Assembly: GCF_028641065.1 (NCBI RefSeq)
Contig: NC_073379.1
Location: 56,978,001-57,042,000 of the forward strand
DNA length: 64,000 nucleotides
Origin: Leucoraja erinacea
Lineage: Eukaryota
Reading direction: 5' to 3'
The notes under the pieces are model-generated. The model was not told the origin of the DNA, searched no databases, and was given only the letters and a program-made list of their open reading frames with translations. Positions 36,975 through 49,900 of the stretch are shown piece by piece; position 1 is the first letter of the stretch; each line of letters starts with the position of its first letter. Position numbers and translations under genes: made by a program.

Positions 36975-39900
36975 CTTTGAGTGAAGAAGATGAGAAGCAA
37001 CTGCTATTAGAAACTAGGATCCTCCATAGAATTTATCTGCGTAACAAAATGAATGGTGCTGGAAATGGTGACAACCCTGGTTTACTTTAATTGTTGATCA
37101 CCTTTAAGTCTTATTTGTTCGCAGGTTATAGTTCACCAAATTCAATGAACCCAAGAATTTTCTTATTAAAATCTGATACACTCACACACTTTTTGATCAT
37201 TTTTTGAATGATGTTCTGATTTTATTTCCCCCTATTTCAAATTGCTTTTGATGTTAGCCTTCGAATTCATGACATTCTTCTTTGGGTCAATCAAGTTGGG
37301 GTGTTTTAAGATTGCTTAGTTAATAGTTAATTGCTTAGTTATTGTTTTTCACATCAAAACAGTGAATTCTCACACTGAAGGAAAATTTGTTCCTAGTATC
37401 AGGATTTTAAAATGGAAAGCGTCAAATGCAGTGAATGTTCCCAATTTCTGATGGGGATAACTCTCTAAAACTGATCGCCAATGATCCTAGTTATCCTCAT
37501 GAGGCTGAAACTGTTCTTCCCTGCAATTATCCTGATTTGCCAGTGGAGAGACATATCCCATGCCTGATGGATAGCTCAAATCTGCGTGAAAAGGATTTTA
37601 CAGTGTCAAAATGTCAGCTTACATATTGGACACAGCACTACAAATCAATTGTTACAAATCAATTGTTAATGGAATGTTATGGCGGCAGGCGCGGGCACAC
37701 CGCGACGCCCTGTGTCTCCCTTTCAAGGGAGATGCTAAAAATGCATTTCGTTGTCTCTGTACTGTACACTGACAATGACAATAAATTGAATCATCATTTA
37801 AACCAAGGTACTGTATTTATAATATTTCTGTTATTAAATTGTTGGCTAACTATGATGCACTTTACTGGATAAAACAAGTTTTAAATTAGAAAAATATACA
37901 TAACTTGCATAGAGTACACATATCTAGTGATTATTAATTTGTTTAGATAAAGTGTATTAAATGTTAAATAGAATTTTTCAGATTAAAGTCATAATTTTGC
38001 ACTCACCTATTTCCAACTAATATCTTCCAACTTCATCTGTAACTGTGATAAATTCAGATGAAACCAGCTGAGGTGTGGTTCAAGCAGGTGCGAGGATCAT
38101 CTTCTGAACTGATTCTTCTTCTGTAGGCCTTTTCGGTTGCAACAAATTGTTCTTCCCAATTTTTTTTAATAGTGTCAAAATGATTCTGCAAATTAATTTC
38201 ATGCCCTTCAGTCAGCAGATTGCCGCTTTTACTGACAACAAGCGACCTTGTCTGAAGAATCATTCTGATATTCCATTGTATTGCATGAATCCATCTGTGT
38301 ACCCCTTCTCAGAAGTTTGAAAATAATAACTTAGGTAGCTTGCCGTATCATTGGCATATAGTCTACAGGATATGCCATCTTGCTTTCATTTGCTTTGAGT
38401 AGTTGTATTGCTTTTTCATGAAAGCAACAAATGTTATATCATCAACAGTATTTTAAGGAACATAGGAAAACTAAGATAATTTTGGTGTACATTATTTCCA
38501 AGTGTCTGTTAAATGTTCTCCATAAATATCATCTTACATTTCATAGTATCTATAAACGTTTCTTTATCTAATCTATAGACTCATTCGCAAACTGTTTCTC
38601 CCAAGACATTTTCAATGCAGCGTATATCTATGTATTACATTTCCTTGAAGGATGAAAACATTACATACGATTGTTATATTTGGAGCTTCTAATATACCTG
38701 GGTTAGACATGATTAAGGGTTGGCCACCTATTTTGCACCCATGAACTCAACTCAAATTTGCCACTATCTTGCTCAGCGAGAACAGCTAAAGTTACCCCTC
38801 GCCCTTCAAGAAACATTCAGATTTTTCCCACGCGTAATTATCTTTCTTGTGACTGGCTATCAGCCTGAAACTTATAACTATTTTTTATTTTCTTTCAAAT
38901 AAATTGTTATAAACTACATTTTTCAGGTTTGAGTAAACCAGGGAAGTGAATGTTTTCTCTTAACTGTCCATAAATCAATTAAATCAATTAGGAACTTACT
39001 TGGTACTGATCCAAGTCACCTCTAACAATAGTTTTAACTTGGAACTTTTACAACCTCAATTTATGATCCTGTTTGGAAGCAGAATTAGTTAGCACAATTA
39101 TTTATACCACTAACTGGTAAAAACTGGGTTCTAGTTCAAGTTAATGAAGTGAGTGAAACCTTTGCTCCTTCATACCAGCTAAACGTTTAAACTATTCACT
39201 GGCATCTATTTTCAGATGGGTTCGTGACGGTGGTACACATTTACCTCACGATTTGCTTCTACTAAGTAGTATAATTTGATAAAAATATGAGGGCCCTTGT
39301 AAGAAATATAAATACTACAATGGTATAATACAAATACTTTGGTACTGCTGGGATTACTGAACATGTTTGGATTGGTACAGAGACATTGACCACAATAAAG
39401 GCTATTCTAACCAATATTTGCTCAATACTGAGCACAAATAAAGTCAAAACATCATCATCCCCATTTGCCTACAGGACAATAACATTCACAATAATGACCT
39501 AAAAGCAACACTTGGCCAATTAAAGCAACATTTTTGGAAACACACTCATTCGCATTGCTTTTATAAAGATAATTCGAGAAATTGCAACATTAGAATAGAC
39601 ACAGGCTTTGAGTACCTTCCCCAAACTTACCCATCAAATTTGAATCTTTTTTGTATTTCTCTGTGAGATTTAATGTTTTAAAGAAAATCTAAAATAGCTG
39701 GCTGCCATAAAAACAAGGTCTAATTGAACAGGCTGGAGATTGCAGGAAGCTCTTGAATAAAAAACAGATTTAAACCTTTTCAACATTGGATGTTACAATT
39801 GCAACAAGGAAACATGACCCTACTCCTACCAACTTGTTGTTCAAAGCAACCATAAAACTGTGGAAAAATCTTCATCTCTGAAGAGTTCAAGTAATCCTTC

Positions 39901-40395
39901 TTGAAAGTAAATGCAAGTTGGTCTATTATTGGAACATACATAATATTAGCCTTTTAAGAAGACCAATCCTTATCCAGGAGAAAATTCAATATGCGTTTAT
40001 TTACTATAGTCGCTTGCCCAAAAGTGCATAAACACTTTAAATACAAAAGAAAATGGGTTAAGCCTAAAACATTTCCAGATGGGTTGCAAGTCATTCACAT
40101 TCATTTTGTAAAGCTGTCCAGGAAGTATTAATATCCCAAAAAGCTTTGAAACATCAATACCTACAATTTTCCATCAAACAATATTTTGAACAAGGGGAAG
40201 ATGTGGCAGCATTTACTCCATAATTCATGCTCATTAATGCTTTGGTATAATTTCACATCATGCAGGAATAGATTAAGAAAAGTCAGTGTATACAAGGTAA
40301 CTGTTGAAAACAGTTTGTAAGAATGCAAACTCTAGTAGGGATAATTATTTATGTACACTTTCACATCCCCGTGGATCCAGGGTGTTGATCATTAC

Positions 40396-40504
40396 CTTCA
40401 GCCAGCGGATCCAGAGTGTTGATCATTAGCTGAAAGATGCTGTTTCTCATGAGGGTGTTGTGCAGGGAAGCCGAGCTCCCTCCCCGCTGCAGACGTGGCT
40501 TGGG
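40396..40504 (-). CDS. SLC24A2: SLC24A2/NCKX2 internal exon (109 nt, phase 0 to 1): PKPRLQRGGSSASLHNTLMRNSIFQLMINTLDPLAE
   Basis: Acceptor ttgttatttttcag|CCC and donor GAAG|gtaat. The translation matches the NCKX2 cytosolic-loop segment KPRLQRGGSSASLHNSLMRNSIFQLMIHTLDPLAE as I recall it from human NCKX2. Confidence 0.96.
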
Positions 40505-41691
40505 CTGAAAAATAACAAAGATTACTAAGCACCATCTCCCTTTTTTCTTTGGTATTTTGGAAGTATTTGGTACCTGTAAATGTTAAATATAACAAAATAA
40601 AAATGTTGAATATCCTAGATAGTTGTTAGTATATTTTAGGGCCAGTATGTCTTAATCATTTAATTCCTAGTTTATATACTTATTTATGGAACCACACATT
40701 ATGTACAATTTGCTGCGTAAATTCCATTAAAATCTGCTAGCACAGTTCGAAAACACACACCCCTGGAGAAAGCAGCAGTGAAATTATTGAGTTTACATTT
40801 TTTAGTTTCTACAGCAGGTAGATTTAATTATCATGTGAACTAGGCTGGAATGTGTCACCATGAACAGATTAAAGTGGCCAACTATCTACTTTGATTGGCT
40901 ACTTTACACCATGACTTCTTCATTCAATACAATATCATATTCCAAGAAGCTGTATTATTTAATATATAACTTGATAGAAGGTTTCATTCCAAGTAAATAT
41001 CTGGAAAACATCAGTTGTAAGGAAAGTGTTAAGGAAGTATTAGGAAACAATTGCTACAAGTATTTAAAAGAAAAAAGGTTCAATAGTTTCCTAATTGACA
41101 GTGTTTTCTACCTTGATTTCCGTCCACCTTTTAAAGGGAGCTAACATTAAGGGGTCTTTGATCTTAATGATAGTTGAAGACTCAATGTATATATATATAA
41201 TTAGCACACTTCAGAAATTGTGTGCAGATTTGTGAAAGGGCATCTTCTTCAGACACACACAGATTTATCCTTCCTACCAATTCATTCACTTGTGATATTT
41301 GGACAAAATGTTACAAACAAATCATTATAAATTAGGAACATTATCTATTCTGAAATATATTAACAATTTCTACTTGGGCAGAATATTCTAGATATCTGCA
41401 GTGACTGAATGAATAAATGTAGAGAGAACATCAAATCATTTCCATTAAGAATGAGCTGAGGCTATGTAAGGAGTGTGTAGACTATTATTCTATTTGCATG
41501 TAATGTCAGGAATATTGTGAATCATTGATAGACATTATAAAGTCACAAAATACCTGCATCCCCTTTATTCTACTTTCTTCAACTATACTGAGAACATGTG
41601 TGTATTTGTCATCCACTGATACAACTTTGTATTCATGACATCGCCTTGCCTTGTTTATGCACACACAAACAAACATGCACATTAAGAGCAG

Positions 41692-42290
41692 TCATAGAGT
41701 CATACAGTGTGGAAACAGGCCCTTAGGCCCAACTTGCCCACACCAGCCAACATGTCCTAGCTACACTAGTCCCACCTGCCTGCGTTTGATCCATATCCCT
41801 CCAAACCTGTCCAATCCATGTACCTGAATAAGGGGTAACCCATTTAGTGCGGAGATAACAAAACACTTTTCACACAGAGAGTTGTGAGTCTGTGGAATTC
41901 TCTGCCTCAGAGGGGGGTGGAGGCCAATTATCATGATACTTTCAAGAGAGCTAGATAGGGCTGTTAAAGATAGCGGAGTCAGGGGATATGGGGAGAAGGC
42001 AGGAATGGGGTACTGATTGAGGATGATCAGCCATGATCACATTGAATGGCCGTGCTGGCTCACAGGGCCGAATGGCCTACTCCTGCACCTATTGTCTATT
42101 GTGTATTGTTTCTTAAACATTGGGATAGTCCCAGCCTCAACTACCTCATCTGGCAGCTTGTTCCATATACCCACCACCATTTGTGTGACAAAGTTACCCC
42201 TCAGATTCCTATTAAATCTTTTCCCCTTCACCTTAAACCTATGTCCTCTGGTCCTCAATTCCCCCACTCTGGGCAAGCGGCTCTGTGCAG
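41692..42290 (-). mobile_element. CR1 3' fragment split by a younger plus-strand CR1 (41827-42108)
   Basis: The minus-strand CR1 UTR/ORF end continues across the (CTATTGT)n-tailed insert. Confidence 0.85.
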
Positions 42291-43809
42291 AGGGAAGCTG
42301 CTCAGTCCTGGAAGCATACTCCACCGTTCAACAAGATCATGGCTGATCTGGTTGTAACCTCAACTCAACACAACTACCCCCAGTAATCTTTCACTTTAAA
42401 GAAAGTTATTGCAGGGTTAAAGCCTCTCCAGGTTTTCTAACTATCTTTGTTCTACTTAAAAATTATTTGTGACATTGACTTAAGGTACATGTCACCTCTT
42501 TATTCACTTCATTGGTCTCTTCTCATCTCTTCCATGCTCCACTAATCGACTCATATCTCTTCAAATTCTCTACTATATCTTGGAGAAATTAAGCAATTTG
42601 CATGTACTTGTTGATTCACCTACAACTTGCATAAGCTCTTGATACTACATACTTCCACTATAACTCCAATATCCAAATATCATCAGATTTGTCAAGTGTG
42701 TTAAGGCCTTAAGTCTACATTGTTTAAAATGCCTCTTTCCAAGGCTTGAATCATAATCGTTTTTGTTTTGGTTTTGTCTCTCCCACTCTCCCCGCTGGCT
42801 GAGATACACTCATCTGTGTTCAGTATCTTCTACTTGGAGCTCAGCAGGAGTATCATCAGATGTAGAATCTCCTATTTCTGGGCGAATAGTTTGCTCACAA
42901 TGTTGTTATTGTGAAACCCCAGAATCCTGGCAGTATTCATTTACTCAGTGTTTTCTGTCGATTCTCCCTAATCTCTCTGCACACCATTTGTTGCCAGTGA
43001 AACAACACCATGTGTTTAATATCATCCTGTTTCATAAAGGTCGTAGGAATGAATGAAATGGAGGACCATTGTCCTATTCTAGTTCTTCTGATAAGCCATG
43101 AAATGAGAAAGTGGATATCAATTCTTCGACAATATCCCAAACATATTTCACTTGGAACCATTTTGAATAGCCATCTACTAGTGCTATACTATCAATCCTT
43201 TTCTCACAATGTTCAACATACAATATTTCCAACTCCACAACAGTGCCTTTGTTAGTTTAGTCAGCTTGGTGAGTACTTCCAACAAATCTAGCTCAGTAAA
43301 TGCTCACACCACCAGAATATTAACAAAGAAGTTCTTCCATAATTTGTCAGCTTAACGCCATTGGAATGGCAGGTTGTTTCCTGTTCATAACATCAGTAAA
43401 ATGATTTAGCTGATGTAGATGTTTTCAACTGGACATTTGCCTGGTTCATTCCAGCTCCTCAATTTTTTTTTAATTGTACACATCAGAACAGCATGTTTGT
43501 TTGCCATTTCTAATGGTATAACTGGAAAATCACCTGCAATTTTCAGTGTGAACATCATGATTTCACAGTGCCTGAATTTGCATCTGGCAACCTTGAAAGC
43601 ATGTCCTCAATTCCATGCTGCCTTGAAGTTCTCTGTTTGATCATATAGTCGTGCTGGGATGGATGGTCTAGTTTGGAATCTTGAGGTTGCCATGGTGAGT
43701 ATTGTCAACTCTGAACCAGGAATTGCTAATAATGGCTATGGTCTGAGACCCAAGATAAATGCTTTTCCCATAGGAATTGATGAAATACTTGCATGCTTTT
43801 GTTTTGGCT

Positions 43810-44062
43810 TTCACCCAGAGAGTTGTGAATTTGTGGAATTCCCTGCCACGGAGGACAGTGGAGGCCAAATCACTGGATGGATTTAAGAGAGAGTTAAATA
43901 GAGCTCTAGGGGCTAGTGGAATCAAGGGATATGGGGAGAAGGCAGGCACGGTTATTGATTTGGGACGATTAGCCATGATCACAATGAATGGCGGTGCTGG
44001 CTCGAAGGGCCGAATGGCCTCATCCTGCGCCTACTATGTTTCTATGTTTCTATGTTTCTATG
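43810..44062 (+). mobile_element. CR1 3' fragment, (TTTCTATG)n tail
   Basis: FTQRVVNLWNSLP...GYGEKAG and the tail. Confidence 0.92.
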
Positions 44063-45712
44063 AGCAAGGTTTTTCATTTTCTTTATAAATGTATGTGATG
44101 CTCATGCAGCTATTTTTCTCCTGACCATAATTGACTGATTCCAGATCCTTCTCTGAAATGTGAAACATCGCATACCGCATATTTTTGTATGTTCCCCATT
44201 TTGCAGCTCTCGACAATTTGGGAGGTTTGGAGTAAAGTGATTCCGTATCTTTCGCACCTTCTCACTCAGTGAAGCATTTTTTGCTCTTCACGGCCTTGGG
44301 AGAATTGTTAACATATTTGTTAACATTTTGTACATCTCAAAGCATAGTTCTGAAAATTTGCTTCCTGGCATTGGGGACTTAGCATCAACTTATTCAACAG
44401 CAATTTCTGCTATGTTGGTTTGAAGATCCCTGTGTCTTATGTATGTCTGAAGGTTCATGCTCCTAATCATATGTAAAAACTGCCAATGTTATTCACTTGA
44501 ATCTGAGTAAACATCATGTATTTGACACTGTGCTCGTCAATGGCAGCACCCTCTGACATTCATTAAATCACTATCATTAATGCAATTTCTATACTGCAGG
44601 ATCCATGGAGCAGTCTCTAATCCCAACGACATGGCTATACTGCGTCTGTAATTTTTCTCCACAATAATCATGGAGGAAATGCATTCCCCAAAGTATCAGA
44701 GGCAACGCCATTCCCATATCTCATGCAGGCATTCACTTCAAGTTAATTGATATTAGGCTCATGTGCTCCAATCTGAACCTGTGGTCACCAATGCTTTCAG
44801 ATCATTGGCGGGATTTTTAATCTATTCCCCTCTATGTGAGTTCCATACTCTATATCCTTGTTGATAATTTGTAATGAACGTGCAGTTTCTTCTGCTAACT
44901 GCATCTAATGCGTGAGATTAAATTACTTGGCAAACTGGATAAGACCTCAAATACAAGCAAACTATTTACTTCCACTATCTTCAACAGTACTGTGCATGCA
45001 TCCATGTCATGCCTACTTTAAGCATACGTCCTACAGCTACATGTATAAAAGCCCATATAAACTAAATTGTGGGTTTTGAAAGAGGATGCAGGAATAGTTG
45101 TCAAGTCTATGAACAAAGCACATGGAATCATTGGCATTGTTAACATTTGCATTGAGAAAAGTGCAAGTGGCAGCAGCAGGTAAATTGTGTTTATTTCTTC
45201 ACAAACTTTAACAAGGATAAAAATGTCTTCAGAGCGGTTTAGAAGAACAATTCGGTTAAGAAATGATTCCTTGGAGAACTGGTACATGATCAAAATTGTA
45301 AAGGGTTCTTGATAAATAAACATCTTTAATGGGGAAAAAGGTGGGTCTATCAGAGATAATGGTAATCAGGCTAAAGCAATGTGAGAAAATATTTCATTTT
45401 CGGGTGAGTTATTTCAATATATGGATGTACTGCTTGACTGACTTAATCGCAATCTTTTGAAAAGGGAATTGGTTAAATATTACAAAGAGGGCAAGATCAT
45501 AAAGCTATGAGGGATGGGGTGAAGATTGAATTGAAGAAAAGACTGTACTCTCATAGCTGACCAAATTATTTCTTCTCTACTCTAAGATCTTAATAGGTCG
45601 AGTTTAAAATACATAACATTCTCACGAGTTAGCAATACTGACAATCATAGAAATGAATTGAAAAAACCCAATCTACCCTGTCTTAAATATGGCTTGCACT
45701 CTAAAGCAACAT

Positions 45713-46509
45713 ATAAATGTGAGGTTATCCATTTTGGTGGCAAAAACGGGAAAGCAGATTATTATCTAAATGGTGGCCGATTGGGAAAGGGGGAGATGCA
45801 GCGAGACCTGGGTGTCATGGTACACCAGTCATTGAAGGTAGGCATGCAGGTGCAGCAGGCAGTAAAGAAAGCGAATGGTATGTTGGCTTTCATAGCAAGA
45901 GGATTTGAGTATAGGGGCAGGGAGGTTCTACTGCAGTTGTACAGGGTCTTGGTGAGACCACACCTGGAGTATTGCGTGCAGTTTTGGTCTCCAAATCTGA
46001 GGAAGGACATTATTGTCATAGAGGGAGTGCAGAGAAGGTTCACCAGACTGATTCCTGGGATGTCAGGACTGTCTTATGAAGAAAGACTGGATAGACTTGG
46101 TTTATACTCTCTAGAATTTAGGAGATTGAGAGGGGATCTTATAGAAACTTACAAAATTCTTAAGGGGTTGGACAGACTAGATGCAGGAAGATTCCTCCCG
46201 ATGTTGGGGAAGTCCAGGACAAGGGGTCACAGCTTAAGGATAAGGGGGAAATCCTTTAAAACCTAGATGAGAAGAACTTTTCTCACACAGAGAGTGGTGA
46301 ATCTCTGGAACTCTCTGCCACATAGGGTAGTTGAGGCCAGTTCATTGGCTATATTTAAGAGGGAGTTAGATGTGGCCCTTGTGGCTAAGGGGATCAGAGG
46401 GTATGCAGAGAAGGCAGGTACGGGATACTGAGTTGGATGATCAGCCATGATCATATTGAATGAAGGGCCGAATGGCCTACTCCTGCACCTAATTTCTATG
46501 TTTCTATGT
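45713..46509 (+). mobile_element. CR1 (HER1-like) LINE, 5'-truncated
   Basis: ORF 45658..46266 (KCEVIHFG...RDLGV...LEYCVQFWSP); near-identical to 6646-7394. Confidence 0.95.
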
Positions 46510-46606
46510 CTATTAGCTAAATTTGAAAGAGATCTGCAGTGTTCATTAAGCGATAGTGTGGTTCCAATCAGATTCAAATCATGAACTAGGTAGTTCATAT
46601 CTTAAT

Positions 46607-46715
46607 CAGACAATTTCATCAGTCTGAAGAAGGGTTTCGGCCCGAAACGTCGCCTATTTCCTTCGCTCCATAGATGCTGCTGCACCCGCTGTTTCTCCAG
46701 CAATTTTGTGTACCA
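46607..46715 (+). mobile_element. 109-bp hammerhead-carrying PLE mini-insertion with 15-bp TSD
   Basis: AGTTCATATCTTAAT at 46592-46606 and 46716-46730. Confidence 0.9.
46624..46651 (+). ncRNA. Minimal type I hammerhead ribozyme core (GUC site), antisense to the gene
   Basis: CUGAAGA-A-GGGU[UUCG]GCCC-GAAACGUC. Confidence 0.8.
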
Positions 46716-46941
46716 AGTTCATATCTTAATGCAGTCAGTCATTCTCAGCACACAACAATACACGTTTATCAATAAAGTTCATGCAAGCGTGTGTTCTGTA
46801 TTCAGATTTCTTGCAACCAGCAAAAATTTAAGACAATTTGGAACAATTACACCACATGACACAGGGTGGACAGCCAAGACACATGAATGACTAGAAACCA
46901 CAACAACATCACCACGAATAACTAGTTACAATTGCTCCTAC

Positions 46942-46995
46942 CGTGAGCATGTTGGGATTCTTCTGACCAGCAATGGCTTCCCGTTGCTTACCCAC
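46942..46995 (-). CDS. SLC24A2: Probable SLC24A2 54-nt exon (phase 0 to 0): VGKQREAIAGQKNPNMLT
   Basis: Open, phase-0 symmetric exon upstream of the PKPRLQ exon, where NCKX1/2 genes have a short variable exon. Acceptor ...ataaag| follows about 103 nt with no AG; donor ACG|gtagga. No recognisable peptide homology. Confidence 0.62.
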
Positions 46996-49900
46996 CTTTA
47001 TATGTAGTGAAGGGCGGGGGCAAGTGAATAAAACAGTAAATCATAAATTAAAGGAAAGGAACATAAAATGAAGACAATCAGCAAAGCAATCATAAAATAA
47101 CTCATTTCAGAGAAGAGGAACAAAAGCTATATCCTACAAAAAAATGTGAAAATATTTCAAAGAAAATGGCAGTATTAAAGAGTTTGGAAATGCTACAGAG
47201 GTGATGTAGCAAGCAGTCCAACAAATACACAAGCGTTTAATTAAGAAACACCTCTTTCTGTATCAGAAATTTATGCAGGTTTAAGACGTTGTTCAGATGT
47301 AGGGTGGTTGAAATATTTATTAATTTGATATTTACATGGTTGACAGAAACTGATAGTCAATTTCACCTTGCTCTGCCACTAACACCACTTAAGTTGTAGT
47401 TTTATTAACTTTATCAAATTAGTTATATGTTATCCACATTCAAATTCCGAATTATTGTTTAATTCTGTGTCATGTCTATCTCCTCACTGATAATTTCAGA
47501 TTTTATGATCACTTCCTATCCACACTCTCTCCCCCAGACATCTCTTTTATTATTCACTCATCTTTATGCCCTTTCAACTTTCACCATCATCACTTGGGTT
47601 AGTGAGTCTCTCCTGATCCAATCAAAGACCTTTCCTTTTTACTTCTCCTCCCCAAACTCTCCTCAATACATGGGACTGCAGATGCCGAAATCTGGAGCAA
47701 AAAACAAACTGCTTGCTCAGCAAGTTGAGCAAGTGGGTCAGTGGGGATAAAAGACACAGACGTTACTCAAACCAGAGAGTTATTCCAGCTGTCCTCCTTC
47801 ATTATTCTTTTCAGTTTTGATGAAAGACTATCATCCTAAAATGTATTGTTTCTCTCTGCTCAGCTTAACATTAATTGGCATGTTGAATTTGGCTTTTCTG
47901 TCTTTACTTGCAATTTCAACTTTTTCCCCATCATAATTGCAGTTTGTTATTGCACATAAATATGACTAATTCTGCAATGTAATAAACTGTATTTTTCATG
48001 TAAACACTTCTAGCTATTGTGACAGGGCTAGGTATACTGTTGTTCCCTGTAAGGTGGTGCTCAGCAAACCTCTATTGCCATGTTAGCGATGGTGCTCCCG
48101 CAATGTTTTCCATCTCACTACTCTTCTAGCCTTCTATCCTTCTATCCTTTTTGGCAATTGTTGTGATTATTTATCACTGTTGCATCTTAAGCAACATAAT
48201 GACTCTGGAGGGGTGGGGATTCAAATGTCAACTATATTGTAGCAGGAATCACTCCAAGTCAGACTGGTTCGAGATGCCAAATCGCTTTAGTATAGGACGG
48301 TGATGAAAATTTAATTTATGAGTACAGTATAACCTGCATGCTTATTTTTCGTCTTTCTTGCCAAATTAGTTATTTAATTGATAAGCCCTGCATTACTCAT
48401 TTACTCATTTAGCAAACCACTGCATTCTTTAAATAGTTAGCAGATATAGAGATCTATTTACCAAATAGCTGTGCTGTGGCCAGCTCCTTATTCAAGATTC
48501 ATCTGATTCATGTTTGAGATCGTGAACTAATGTGAACAAATATATTTGGTATATCTACTTGAAGAAATTAACTTCTATTGCTTTTCTGTGCAAAATTATG
48601 TGCTTAAAAGTAACATTCAAAAGATTAATTAGAAACAAGTGAAATGTTAGCATCAATTTGTCCTGCCATTTCCCAAATGATTGAACGTCATCTGTCTTAT
48701 TTTACCAAAGTGACTATAGAGCAAGATATCTAGGACTACCTTCTGACAGCAAGTTCCCAAAGACTCGAGCAACATAACTCAGCACTCAATTGGATGTTTG
48801 GCTGATATTTGGAGATGGAGAATCAGAGATTGAATCTATTCAGCTGTGATATATTATTTGAATATCAATTTGAAATCAAGTGTTCTCACATCGCTTTGAT
48901 GAGACTACGGAGTACATAATGCAACCTTTTTGGAAAATTTATGATTTGATTTCAGGGCATTGTCACACAATGAAACACTTATCCGTCAGCCTCAGTCTGC
49001 TCAGTCTTGATTATGAAACCTTTGTAAATTGCAAATGGGACCTTCTGAAAATTAGTTGCTGATAGAAAGGATCCAAGTGACAGACATATGGAAACAATTC
49101 CACCATTCCTGCAATAACAGGCCAAAGTTAAATATCGACATCGACTGACATTTCCTTGTAATCAGTGGTGGAATATGATTGCAATAACTTGAAATGACTC
49201 TATCATTAATTCTTCACAAACATCAATCACCAGCAACTCAAAGCTGTCAGTTGCAATTTTGCTGCCCGTCTCTGATCCAGAAAACATCACCAAACAGTGA
49301 AGGAGACATGCCGACTGAATTCTTTGACACCAGGCTTCCTGTCTGTTATGTACAATTTTGTCTTATTGCGGATAGTTACTGACTTATTTTACCACCGGTG
49401 AAAGATTAAAGATAAAACATTGCTGAATTTCATCGTGATGAACTAAATATCCTTGTAAATCTCAACAACAACCTAAACAATTAAGCCATGAATGCTTCAT
49501 CCCCCAACACTCCCATGTCCCTTTAGCAAGGTCGCAGTGAGTTCCCGCGTGTTTGATCATCCATATTTGTACATGGTTTTAGTATTTAGTTTTGATTATC
49601 CTTCCTCACAACCTCATAGAAACCTCCTTACCCCAAAGTTTCTTCAAAATTATATGTGTTATCATAAATTATTTTTATGAGATTTTGTTTCCAGGATCTC
49701 ATTAAATTCCTCTAAAAAAAAATCTGTGCTTAACCACAAAAAAAACAATAATCAGTTGAGTTTTTAAATCAGGTTTCTCTTTCTAATAGTCTGTCACCAA
49801 AGAGGAACTCATCACCCTTCCCCAATATTTATTTCCCTTTGAGTGTGCAGCGATTCACAAAAACTTTCCATACTAATCCAACCCACAGTCAAAAGGGGGT

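Noticed and set aside
38001-38060. Perfect minus-strand donor AG|GTGAGT, with slight similarity to the 51-nt exon start
   Set aside because: Every nearby 3n acceptor gives an in-frame TAG and the pyrimidine tract is poor. At most a poison exon, unsupported.
42830-42885. Segment reading GDSTSDDTPAELQ as a candidate for the short exon
   Set aside because: The AG/GT boundaries give 38 nt in the wrong frame.
42400-45000. Possible very old minus-strand LINE or other coding relic
   Set aside because: No motif could be read with confidence; needs an HMM search.
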